Source: Gemmatimonadota bacterium (GTDB lineage Bacteria > Gemmatimonadota > Gemmatimonadetes > Palauibacterales > Palauibacteraceae). Taken from it: DNA of 64,000 nt. The translations under genes and the position numbers were made by a program. How positions within the stretch are numbered: position 1 is the stretch's first letter; the number at the start of each line of letters is the position of its first letter. The notes under the pieces were generated by a model that saw only the letters and a list, made by a program, of their open reading frames with translations, was not told the origin of the DNA and searched no databases. Of this stretch, positions 18,688 to 27,247 are shown piece after piece. Location of the stretch: NCBI GenBank assembly GCA_039588215.1, contig JBDHAD010000001.1:23060-87059 (forward strand). Direction: 5' to 3'.

Positions 18688-19815
18688 TCAAGCCGGCACC
18701 CACTTGCCGAGCAGGCGCGCGCCCGACGCACCGGTCGCCCACGGGGCGCCCGCGCGGAAACCGCGTACGTGTTGTCTCGCGAGCAGGGCGAACGCGACCG
18801 CCTCTCGCGCGTCCGGATCCCAGCCGATCGAATCCAGACCACGCACCGGAGTCGGATCCAGCTGCCCGGCGATGCGGCGGGAAAGGTCCGGGTTACGAGA
18901 ACCTCCCCCGCACAGGAGGACCTCCTCGATCTCGAACCCGATCCATCGATAACTCGTGGCGATGGATCGCGCCGTGAGCTCACTGAGCGTGGCGAGCAGA
19001 TCGGCCGGCGAATGGGCCGTATGCCGGGACAGCCATGTCTCGAGCCGCGTCTCGCTGAACCGCTCGCGTCCCGTGGAGCGTGGCGGAGGCTCGTCGAAGA
19101 ACGGATCGTCGAGCCACTCCGCGAGCGCCTCCTCGACCGGTGTCCCCGCCGCTGCCCGCACACCATCCGCGTCGTACGACTCGGCACCGCCCGTGAGCCG
19201 CTGAACCGCCGCGTCCAACAGGGCGACCCCTGGCCCCGTGTCGAACGCGTGCGGTTGGGCGTTCGACGTGTCCGGTGGCAGCGCGGTCACGTTGCCCATA
19301 CCACCGAGGTTCTGGATGGCTCGAGCCCTCCGCTCGTCCCTGAACAACAGGTGGTCCGTGTATGCCGTCAGAGGCGCTCCCTGTCCACCGGCTGCCACAT
19401 CGCGGACTCGGAAGTCGGCGACGACGGGAATCCCGGTGAGCTCCGCGATGACGGCCGCCTCCCCGATCTGGAGCGTGCTTCCCGGAGCGCCCACGGACGG
19501 CTCGTGCCACACGGTCTGTCCATGGCTGCCGATGGCGAGAATGTTCGACGGCTCGAGGTCCAGGTCGGTGAGCACCTCGATTACCGCCGTCGCGAACCGA
19601 AGACCCAGCTCGAAGTTCAGGCGGCAGAGCTCGGCGGTGGACCCGGTCGCGCAGGCCTCGCGCAGGCGCGCGCGAAACGCGGGTTCGTAGGGAAAGATGC
19701 GGAACGCGAGCGTCTCCGTCCGTGCGGGCCGCTCTTCCTCTCCTTCAAACCCGACGAGCGCCACATCTACTCCATCGAGCGATGTGCCCGACATGAGACC
19801 GAGATAGCGTTCCAT
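18688..19815 (-). CDS. anmK: anhydro-N-acetylmuramic acid kinase
   Basis: N-terminus MERYLGLMSGTSLDGVDVALV, an ASKHA-fold glycine-rich loop, and the ~375 aa length match AnmK. Confidence 0.88.
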   Translation of the reverse strand: MERYLGLMSGTSLDGVDVALVGFEGEEERPARTETLAFRIFPYEPAFRARLREACATGSTAELCRLNFELGLRFATAVIEVLTDLDLEPSNILAIGSHGQTVWHEPSVGAPGSTLQIGEAAVIAELTGIPVVADFRVRDVAAGGQGAPLTAYTDHLLFRDERRARAIQNLGGMGNVTALPPDTSNAQPHAFDTGPGVALLDAAVQRLTGGAESYDADGVRAAAGTPVEEALAEWLDDPFFDEPPPRSTGRERFSETRLETWLSRHTAHSPADLLATLSELTARSIATSYRWIGFEIEEVLLCGGGSRNPDLSRRIAGQLDPTPVRGLDSIGWDPDAREAVAFALLARQHVRGFRAGAPWATGASGARLLGKWVPA

Positions 19816-21381
19816 TCAGAAGGCGCGGGCGTTGGGTGGGAGTGCTTCCGATTCGAACAGCGCCGGATGGACGCGTTCCTCGATCCGCTGAGCGTGGGCC
19901 ATGTCGTGGTGCCGGACCCCGCGTAGGAACTGGTACAGGCACACCCGTTCACCGGCCAGGTCGGCCCGTCGCGTAAGCACCTCCGCGTCGGCGTCTCCGA
20001 GAGCCTCCACGGTGCTCGTTCGAGCCCGCGTGAACTCTTCGAGCAACTCGAGCACCGGGCGTGTGCCTCCGGGAGGTTTGGGTGCAGGTGGAAAGTCCGC
20101 GAGAACGGGCTCCTCTCGTTCGAGTAGCGTCTCGATCCGGGGTTGAATCGCGCCCGTCTCGAACTCGAGCAGGTGCGCGACGTGTTGCGAGGCCGTCCAC
20201 CGACTCGGATTGACACTATGCGAGGAGCCCGCCTCGCTCGCTTGCCGACAGGCATCCGCAATCTCCGCCGGAGAGTCGGCCAGGGTGACCAGGACGCGAT
20301 GTGCATCGGTCGCGGAGAAACTCTCCGGGTATCCGGCATAGTACGGTCGCGGGGGCTTCGAGTACCGCTCCAGAGCCTCGCCCAGAAACCCATCCACGGT
20401 GTCCAACAAACGCTCTGCGAACGCCCGGTTCACCTCGAGCTTCTGCATCGCGAGGGCGGTCTTGACCGATCCCCCAGCGTCACGGAGCAGGGCACGCGCC
20501 TCCCCACGATCGACCGCACACAGGTGCGCCAGGATCCGGATTCCGCGATCGACCAGCTTCAGGCTCACGGCTCGCAGATCGACCATCAAGTTTCCGTAGA
20601 CCTTGCCGAGCCGGATCATCACGCCGGTGGTCAGCGTGTTGACGACGAGCTTGGTGGCCGTCCCGGCTTTCAATCGTGTAGAGCCCGCGATCACCTCGGG
20701 ACCGACGAGCGGCGTGACCAGGATCTCTGCCAGGTTACGCATCGATTCCGGAGGTGGGGTGCAGCTCAAAAACCCGACGCCCGCGCCGCGGCTCACCGCT
20801 TCTTCGAGAGCCGCGTGCACGAATGGCGTGGTCCCTGAGGTCGCGATACCGAGCACGAAGTCTGTCCGGCCCACCTCGAGCCGCTCGATCGCGGCGCGCC
20901 CGGCGTCGCGGTCGTCCTCTACCCCCTCCCGGCTGCGGAAGACCGCCTCGGGGCCGCCCGCGATGACCCCCTGCACGGTTTCCGGCTCCGTACCGAACGT
21001 GGGTGGGCATTCGGCTGCATCCAGCACACCGAGTCGTCCACTCGTCCCGGCGCCGACGTAGATGAGTCGCCCGCCAACCCGGAGACAGCCGGCCACGCGC
21101 TCGATCAGCGCGGCGATGGCGCCCGCTTGCGACTCGACCGCCGGGGAGACGGCCCGATCCTCGCGCTGCATGAGCTCGACGATCGTACTCGCAGCGGCGC
21201 GGTCGATCGCCTCGGTGCGCGGGTTTCGCGCTTCGGTCAGACGGGGATCCCAGACGTCCGTCACGCCCGGCTCGGACCCCGCCCGTTCACGTTGCTCCCC
21301 CCATAGGCCCTTCCTACATTCCGGGCGCCCCGCCATCGGGGCGCGCCCAACCCTTGGAAACACGCCTTGGTTGTGCGGCAA
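19816..21381 (-). CDS. murQ: N-acetylmuramic acid 6-phosphate etherase (MurQ, SIS domain) fused to a C-terminal DinB_2/DUF664-like four-helix-bundle domain
   Basis: SIS-domain motifs GRLIYVGAGTSGRLGVLDAAECPPTF ... GSTRLKAGTATKLVVN, and the MurQ-type LTEARNP start region. The extra ~175 C-terminal residues contain His-rich helices (WTASQHVAHLLEFE, HHDMAHAQRIEE). The true start may lie at an internal codon (~21250). Confidence 0.8.
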   Translation of the reverse strand: MPHNQGVFPRVGRAPMAGRPECRKGLWGEQRERAGSEPGVTDVWDPRLTEARNPRTEAIDRAAASTIVELMQREDRAVSPAVESQAGAIAALIERVAGCLRVGGRLIYVGAGTSGRLGVLDAAECPPTFGTEPETVQGVIAGGPEAVFRSREGVEDDRDAGRAAIERLEVGRTDFVLGIATSGTTPFVHAALEEAVSRGAGVGFLSCTPPPESMRNLAEILVTPLVGPEVIAGSTRLKAGTATKLVVNTLTTGVMIRLGKVYGNLMVDLRAVSLKLVDRGIRILAHLCAVDRGEARALLRDAGGSVKTALAMQKLEVNRAFAERLLDTVDGFLGEALERYSKPPRPYYAGYPESFSATDAHRVLVTLADSPAEIADACRQASEAGSSHSVNPSRWTASQHVAHLLEFETGAIQPRIETLLEREEPVLADFPPAPKPPGGTRPVLELLEEFTRARTSTVEALGDADAEVLTRRADLAGERVCLYQFLRGVRHHDMAHAQRIEERVHPALFESEALPPNARAF

Positions 21382-21439
21382 AGCTAGGGATTGGCCTTGG
21401 CACGCGACAGGACAGACTCGCTGTGAAGCGGAGGTTCTT

Positions 21440-21718
21440 GTGACGTTACCTGCGGTGGTGCTGCTCCTCGTGATCGCAATCGTCTGCGGAGGGTTTGGGC
21501 AGGCGATCGCTGGCTACTCCCTGGGTGGGTTCCTGGTGAGCACGGCCGTCGGTCTCGTGGGGGCGGTGCTCGGTATGTGGTTCGCCGGGGCCTTTGACTT
21601 GCCCGTGTTCTATGAGCTGAGTGTGGGTGGCGTCACGTTCCCCATCGTGTGGTCGGTCCTGGGCTCCGCCCTCTTCGTCGCGGTTCTCGGTGTGCTGATC
21701 GGTGGGAAGAGGTGGTAG
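21440..21718 (+). CDS. GlsB/YeaQ/YmgE-family transglycosylase-associated small membrane protein
   Basis: 92 aa with three glycine-rich TM helices (VVLLLVIAIVCGGFGQAIAGY..., GLVGAVLGMWFAG...). GTG start with GGAGG 6 nt upstream. It is divergent from the murQ operon. Confidence 0.7.
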   Translation: MTLPAVVLLLVIAIVCGGFGQAIAGYSLGGFLVSTAVGLVGAVLGMWFAGAFDLPVFYELSVGGVTFPIVWSVLGSALFVAVLGVLIGGKRW

Positions 21719-22430
21719 GGCGGTAACGGTGGATCCGCGGGTCGAGACCCCAGGTCCGCGGGTCGGGACCCTGAATCCGAGGGTTGCACGCCAGTCGGAG
21801 TCGCGCCTCGCCGACCGCTACGGCGCGCCCTCGAAGCCTCGTCTGGAGCCGCTGGAGGAGCTTGTCCTCACGATTCTCAGCCAGAGTACGACGGACCGGA
21901 ACCGCGACCGGGCGTGGGAGGCGCTGCGCGAACGCTACCCGGTGTGGGATTCCCTTCGACGCGTGCCCCGGCCCGAGCTCGAGACGACGATCCGCGTAGC
22001 GGGTCTGGCAACGCAAAAGGCCACGGCGATCCAGGCCGTCCTCGAGAGACTTCACTCGGAGGTGGGACGCCCGAGCCTCGATCATCTCGCCGACATGTCG
22101 GACGATGAGGGGCTCGCATACCTGTCGAGCTTCAAGGGCGTCGGAGTGAAGACCGCCGCGTGTGTACTGTGCTTCGCGCTCGGGAGACCGGTCCTGCCCG
22201 TCGACACACATGTACACCGGATCGCGACGCGATTGGGTTGGGTTCCGCCCCGTGCGAACTCGGTCAGCGCGCACCAGACGCTCAACCGTCAGGTGCCCGA
22301 GGAGATTCGATTCTCGTTACACATGCACCTGATTCAGCTGGGGAGAGATATATGCACCGCTCGGCGTCCCTCGTGCGAACGCTGCCCGCTCGCGGACACC
22401 TGCCCCAGACTCGGAGTTCTAGCCACGTGA
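21702..22430 (+). CDS. nth: endonuclease III-family DNA glycosylase (HhH-GPD with 4Fe-4S cluster)
   Basis: Helix-hairpin-helix LSSFKGVGVKTAACVL, the catalytic Asp region VDTHVHRIATRLG, and the C-terminal CX6CX2CX5C cluster (CTARRPSCERCPLADTC). The start is uncertain (ATG 21702 or GTG ~21726). Confidence 0.8.
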   Translation: MGRGGRAVTVDPRVETPGPRVGTLNPRVARQSESRLADRYGAPSKPRLEPLEELVLTILSQSTTDRNRDRAWEALRERYPVWDSLRRVPRPELETTIRVAGLATQKATAIQAVLERLHSEVGRPSLDHLADMSDDEGLAYLSSFKGVGVKTAACVLCFALGRPVLPVDTHVHRIATRLGWVPPRANSVSAHQTLNRQVPEEIRFSLHMHLIQLGRDICTARRPSCERCPLADTCPRLGVLAT

Positions 22431-24235
22431 TCGCCACGCCTGCCGGTCCGGCCCCGGAGCGTCGGCCTGGCGTCCGGCGTATCTGGATCGCGGCCCTCGC
22501 CATCCTCAGCGCGGGCTGCGCGGGTGGTGGCGCGGGGGCCCCGGCCACGCTCGCCGATGGTGTTCGGATCCGTGCGGAGGCCTGGGCGGAGCGCTTTCCC
22601 GCCGACTGGGAGCTCCTACCGGATCACCCCTCCGCATCCTCGCGCGGCGGCATGGTTGTCTCGACCGACTCGCTGGCTAGCGCCGCCGGACTCGAGATCC
22701 TGCGCGGGGGGGGTAACGCGGTCGACGCGGCGATCGCCGTTCAGTTCGCCCTCGCGGTCACGCACCCCCAGGCGGGGAACATCGGAGGCGGGGGCTTCAT
22801 GATCGTCCGGCTCGCGGATGACACGCGCGCCGCCCTCGACTTCCGCGAACGCGCGCCCGGCCACGCGACTCGGGACATGTACCTCGATGAGGACGATGCG
22901 GTCACGGATGCCAGCAGGACCGGTCATCTAGCCGCCGGAGTGCCGGGATCCGTGGCCGGAATGGAAGAGGCCCACCGGCGGCTGGGCTCGCTCTCGTGGG
23001 AGCGACTGCTGGAGCCCGCCATTCGGTATGCCCGTGGCATCCGCGTGCGCCCGCGGCTCGCCCGCGCGCTAGCCGGGGCCCGGGAACGCTTCTCCCGCTT
23101 CCCAGCCACCGCCGCGGCGTTCAACCCCGGAGGGCGAGGCCCTGAGGCCGGCGAACGGCTCGTCCAGGCTGATCTCGCAAGAACGCTCGAGGCCATCGCG
23201 GCAGACGGCGCGGAAGCATTCTACAAAGGGTGGATAGCCGACTCCCTGGTTGCGGAGATGAAGCGCGGCGGAGGATTCATCAGCCACGGGGATCTCGCCG
23301 GATACGAGGCGGTCTGGCGCGAGCCTGTCGTGCTCGAGTATCGCGGTCGGGAGATCATCTCCATGCCCCCGCCCTCATCGGGAGGCATCACGCTCGCCCA
23401 GTTGCTCCACATCGTAGAAGGGTACGAGTTGGACAGTTTCGGCTGGCACTCCGCGGATGCGATCCACATCGCGGTCGAAGCCATGCGCCGCGCGTACGCG
23501 GATCGGAACTACTACCTGGGCGACCCTGATTTCGTCGAGATCCCGGTGACCCGTTTGCTGAACCGGGCATACGCCGATTCCCTCCGGGGGTCGATCGACC
23601 TGGAGCAGGCCTCGTCGTCGTCGCGCTTCAACCGCGTGTCCACGGAGAGTTCCGAGACGACTCATTTCTCGGTTATTGACGAGATGGGGAACGCCGTCGC
23701 CGTTACAACCACCCTGAACGGGGGCTTTGGCTCGGCGGTCGTCGTGCGGGGCGCGGGCTTCCTCCTCAATAACGAGATGGACGATTTCGCCGCGAAACCG
23801 GGTACGCCGAACATGTACGGACTCGTACAGGGAGAGGCGAACGCCATCCAGCCGGGCAAACGAATGCTCTCGTCCATGACGCCCACGATCGTAATCGCGC
23901 CAGATGGTCGTACCGAGCTCATCACGGGCACGCCGGGAGGCGGCACGATCATCACCACGGTCTTTCAGATGGTGATGAACCACATCGATTTCGGGCTACC
24001 GGTCCAGACTTCCGTGAACGCGCCCCGCTTTCACCACCAGAATCTGCCCGACGTGATCTTCTACGAGCGCCGCGGATTGCACGCCGACGTGATCGCGGAA
24101 CTGACCCGGAGAGGGCACCAGATGAGGGAGCGTAACGGGTATTCCGGCGTGGTGGAGTCGATCTATGTTGCACCGGATGGAACGCGATTCGGAGCCGCCG
24201 ACCCGCGGGGTGGGAGCGCCGCTCTGGGGCATTGA
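22427..24235 (+). CDS. ggt: gamma-glutamyltransferase
   Basis: GGT family motifs: TTHFSVIDEMGNAVAVTTTLN (autocatalytic Thr), GSPGG, and a C-terminal oxyanion region. Lipoprotein-type signal (IAALAILSAGC). The start is approximate (GTG 22427, overlapping the nth stop). Confidence 0.88.
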   Translation: MIATPAGPAPERRPGVRRIWIAALAILSAGCAGGGAGAPATLADGVRIRAEAWAERFPADWELLPDHPSASSRGGMVVSTDSLASAAGLEILRGGGNAVDAAIAVQFALAVTHPQAGNIGGGGFMIVRLADDTRAALDFRERAPGHATRDMYLDEDDAVTDASRTGHLAAGVPGSVAGMEEAHRRLGSLSWERLLEPAIRYARGIRVRPRLARALAGARERFSRFPATAAAFNPGGRGPEAGERLVQADLARTLEAIAADGAEAFYKGWIADSLVAEMKRGGGFISHGDLAGYEAVWREPVVLEYRGREIISMPPPSSGGITLAQLLHIVEGYELDSFGWHSADAIHIAVEAMRRAYADRNYYLGDPDFVEIPVTRLLNRAYADSLRGSIDLEQASSSSRFNRVSTESSETTHFSVIDEMGNAVAVTTTLNGGFGSAVVVRGAGFLLNNEMDDFAAKPGTPNMYGLVQGEANAIQPGKRMLSSMTPTIVIAPDGRTELITGTPGGGTIITTVFQMVMNHIDFGLPVQTSVNAPRFHHQNLPDVIFYERRGLHADVIAELTRRGHQMRERNGYSGVVESIYVAPDGTRFGAADPRGGSAALGH

Positions 24236-24249
24236 TGAGGCCGGTCTCC

Positions 24250-24270
24250 CCGGAGCGCGCGCGGCTCCGG
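24250..24270. terminator. possible bidirectional GC-rich hairpin between the convergent ggt and lipoprotein genes
   Basis: CCGGAGC-gcgcgcg-GCTCCGG: a perfect 7-bp stem with a 7-nt loop. There is no U-tract, so the terminator role is speculative. Confidence 0.3.
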
Positions 24271-24287
24271 AGAGATCAGCTGTGTCG

Positions 24288-25199
24288 CTAACCGGCCGGG
24301 TCCGGGACCATGATGATCAACGGCTCATCCAGACGGAGCCGCAGCTCCGAGCCCGCCGGTAGCACGGCGTCCACATCCTCGGTCGCCAGGGTGATCGCGG
24401 TGCCCGCGGCCGCGCCGACCGCAGCGCCGATGATCGTCCCCTTGGCATTTCCTCCGAGGACACGCCCGAGGATCGCTCCGGCCACCGCGCCCCCACCGAT
24501 TCGGGCGGCCTTGTCTCCGGTCGAGTAGCGTCCCTCGGTCTCGGGGTTCGCCTCCACGACCGAAGCGCTCAAGGGATAGGTCTCACCATCGATGGTGACA
24601 TCCAGGAAGGCGATCTTGATGACCGCCGCTTCGCCTTTGTTCCCCGATTGCTGAACCGCCGTGACTTCACCGCGAACGATGGCGTTCGCGTGGACGATGA
24701 CCGTGCTCCCGTCGATCAGCGGCTCGACTACGGCCGCCGTAAAGCGGTCACCGGGCTGGTTGTCCTTGGTGCTCAGCTCCTGCCGTAACCGTACACGGAA
24801 CTCAGTCCCGGGGTTGGCCTGCAACGACAGCATGGCGGGCCCCGGATCGGGCTCTACGGGGTCCTCGGCCCGTTCCTCGTCCTCCACGGGCGCCGCAGCC
24901 GGCGGCGGTGGCGGGGGCGGGGCCTGCCGGACCGGCGGCGCAGCGGGTGGCGGGGTGGGCGGTGGCGCAGGCGGCGGCGCGGGCATCTCGACGTCGTCCA
25001 CGTCACCTTGTGGCTGATCGCTCAGCTCGGGCTCCGCCCCTTCTCCCTCCAGCGCGAGGTCCAATTCTCGATCCACGGCGGCCTGGTCGATGGGCTCCGC
25101 ATCGCCCCCGCACGCCGTGATGCCGATCGAGACACCCCCCAGGAGGGCGATATACAATCCTACGCTGTGCTTCGAGACGACTGGCGCTCTCGTCCGCAT
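24288..25199 (-). CDS. lipoprotein with a polyproline linker and a C-terminal glycine-zipper domain
   Basis: Signal peptide plus lipobox (GVSIGITAC). A PAPPPAPPPTPPPAAPP...PPPPPPP low-complexity linker. A C-terminal GxxxG-rich segment (GGGAVAGAILGRVLGGNAKGTIIGAAVGAAAG) resembles the glycine-zipper (YMGG/Gly-zipper_2TM) pattern. Confidence 0.7.
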   Translation of the reverse strand: MRTRAPVVSKHSVGLYIALLGGVSIGITACGGDAEPIDQAAVDRELDLALEGEGAEPELSDQPQGDVDDVEMPAPPPAPPPTPPPAAPPVRQAPPPPPPPAAAPVEDEERAEDPVEPDPGPAMLSLQANPGTEFRVRLRQELSTKDNQPGDRFTAAVVEPLIDGSTVIVHANAIVRGEVTAVQQSGNKGEAAVIKIAFLDVTIDGETYPLSASVVEANPETEGRYSTGDKAARIGGGAVAGAILGRVLGGNAKGTIIGAAVGAAAGTAITLATEDVDAVLPAGSELRLRLDEPLIIMVPDPAG

Positions 25200-25421
25200 C
25201 GATTCCTCTCCCCAATCATCAGGCCAACCCTACCCTGCCGGGCCCGCACGCTTCGTTGTACGGCTCCGGACGTCGCCCTAGCTTGCAATGTTCGGTCCCG
25301 GTCTCTCCTCCACGGGTGAGGCATACCGTAGACCGGCCCGACGGTTCCGGGGTCACAAAGGGCACCGGCGACTGCGCGGCCCGAGTCGTGTGGCGCGAGG
25401 CGAGCGCGGGGGAATCACGGC

Positions 25422-27194
25422 ATGAGGGAACTGAGGAATCTGCTGCCCTTCTTCCGGCCATACCGGGCCGGGATGGCCGTCGGACTGATGTTGGTCGTCC
25501 TCAGCAACCTGTTCACCGTCGCCGGCCCCTACCTGATCAAGGTCGCGATCGAGGCCCTTGAGCAGGAGTTACGTGGCGACTTGATCCTCAGATACGCCGG
25601 GCTGATCGTGCTCGTCGCCCTGTTGGCGGGGATCGGGCGCTATTTCATGCGCGAGATCCTGAACGGGATCAGCCGCCGCATGGAGACCGACATCAGAAGT
25701 GCCCTGTTCGAGCACCTGATGCGGCTCCCAGCGCAGTTCTTCGACAAATGGCGCACGGGTGACCTCATGAGCCGTGCGACCAACGATGTCGGAGCGGTGC
25801 GCATGGTGGCCGGTCCCGCGATCATGTACCTGGTCAACACCGCTACCGTGGCGGCGCTGGCGCTCGGGCTGATGATCTGGATCGACCCTTGGCTCACGCT
25901 GATCGCGATGATCCCGATGCTGTTCGTCCCGCCTGTCGTGTTCGCGTTCGGCAAGAGGATTCACGTACGGTTCGAACGAATTCAGAGCCAGTTCAGCGAG
26001 CTGTCCAACTTCGCCCAGGAGAACCTCAGCGGCATCAGGATCGTGAAAGCGTACGCCCGCGAGGACGCACAGGCGGGAGAGTTCGCGGCCCTCAACGAGG
26101 AGTACAAGGCCCGGAATCTGAGCCTCGCTCGTGTATGGGGAGCGTTCCACCCGGGTCTGATCCTCCTGACCGGATTCGGAGCCGTGGTCGTACTCTGGTT
26201 CGGCGGCAGCCGTGTGATACAGGGCGAGATCACGCTGGGCGATTTCGTGGCCTTCTCGTTCTACCTGACACTCCTGACGTGGCCGATGATCGCGCTCGGC
26301 TGGGTCACGAATCTGTTCCAGCGAGGGGCGGCTTCCATGGGTCGGATCAACCAGCTTCTCGACATCGAGCCGGCAATCGCGGATCCGAGCGAGCCCGTAG
26401 AGTTGGGTGAGATCAGCGGAGCGGTCGAGTTCGACGAGGTTTCGTTCCGCTATCCGGAAACCGAGCACTGGGTTCTGCGCGACGTCTCGTTCCGTATAGA
26501 GCCCGGCCAGACGGTGGCCATCGTCGGAGCCACCGCGAGCGGGAAGACGAGTCTCGGACGTCTCATCACGCGGCTGTACGACGCCACCTCGGGAACCGTT
26601 CGCATCGACGGAGTCGACGTGCGTGATCTGCGATTGAACGAGCTCCGCGCCGCGGTCGCTGTGGTACCCCAGGACCCGTTCCTGTTCAGCATGCGGTTGC
26701 GCCGCAACGTCGAGCTGCGATACGACACCGAGGAGGTGACGCCGGATCTCGAGCGATCGATCGACGTCGCCCAACTCCGCGACACGCTCGACGTCTTGCC
26801 GGACGGCCTCGACACCCGCTTGGGAGAACGTGGGATCAACCTCTCGGGTGGCCAGAAGCAACGGGCCACGTTGGCTCGCGCGCTGTACCGCGACGCCCCC
26901 ATCCTCATTCTGGACGACGCGCTATCCGCGGTCGACTCGGAGACCGAAGCCGCGATACTCGCCGGGCTACGGGAGTACAAGGCAGGGCGGACGTCGATGA
27001 TCATCTCGCACCGCGTCTCGGCTGTGCGGGACGCGGATCTGATCATCGTCCTCGAGGATGGGCGAGTCGTCGAGCGCGGCCGCCACACGGAGCTGCTCGC
27101 CAAGGGCGGCGTCTACGCGCGTCTGCTCGAGCGGCAGTTGCTGGCTGAAGAGCTAGGAGAGGAGCCTCGGCGCTCGGTCGCCGCATCGGGCTGA
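25422..27194 (+). CDS. ABC transporter ATP-binding/permease fusion (MsbA-like exporter)
   Basis: Six N-terminal TM helices followed by Walker A GATASGKTS, the ABC signature LSGGQKQR and Walker B ILILDDALSAVD. 590 aa. Confidence 0.9.
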   Translation: MRELRNLLPFFRPYRAGMAVGLMLVVLSNLFTVAGPYLIKVAIEALEQELRGDLILRYAGLIVLVALLAGIGRYFMREILNGISRRMETDIRSALFEHLMRLPAQFFDKWRTGDLMSRATNDVGAVRMVAGPAIMYLVNTATVAALALGLMIWIDPWLTLIAMIPMLFVPPVVFAFGKRIHVRFERIQSQFSELSNFAQENLSGIRIVKAYAREDAQAGEFAALNEEYKARNLSLARVWGAFHPGLILLTGFGAVVVLWFGGSRVIQGEITLGDFVAFSFYLTLLTWPMIALGWVTNLFQRGAASMGRINQLLDIEPAIADPSEPVELGEISGAVEFDEVSFRYPETEHWVLRDVSFRIEPGQTVAIVGATASGKTSLGRLITRLYDATSGTVRIDGVDVRDLRLNELRAAVAVVPQDPFLFSMRLRRNVELRYDTEEVTPDLERSIDVAQLRDTLDVLPDGLDTRLGERGINLSGGQKQRATLARALYRDAPILILDDALSAVDSETEAAILAGLREYKAGRTSMIISHRVSAVRDADLIIVLEDGRVVERGRHTELLAKGGVYARLLERQLLAEELGEEPRRSVAASG

Positions 27195-27247
27195 AGCCCC
27201 GGCGGATCGCGTAAGAACTCCAGCAGCGTGTTCGCGCTCGATCCTGG

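Noticed and set aside
16239-18952. Several long ORFs (435, 665, 443 aa) overlapping the SSS transporter/nagZ/anmK region on either strand
   Set aside because: They are out-of-frame or antisense to genes with strong family motifs. They are extreme in Arg/Gly/Pro content.
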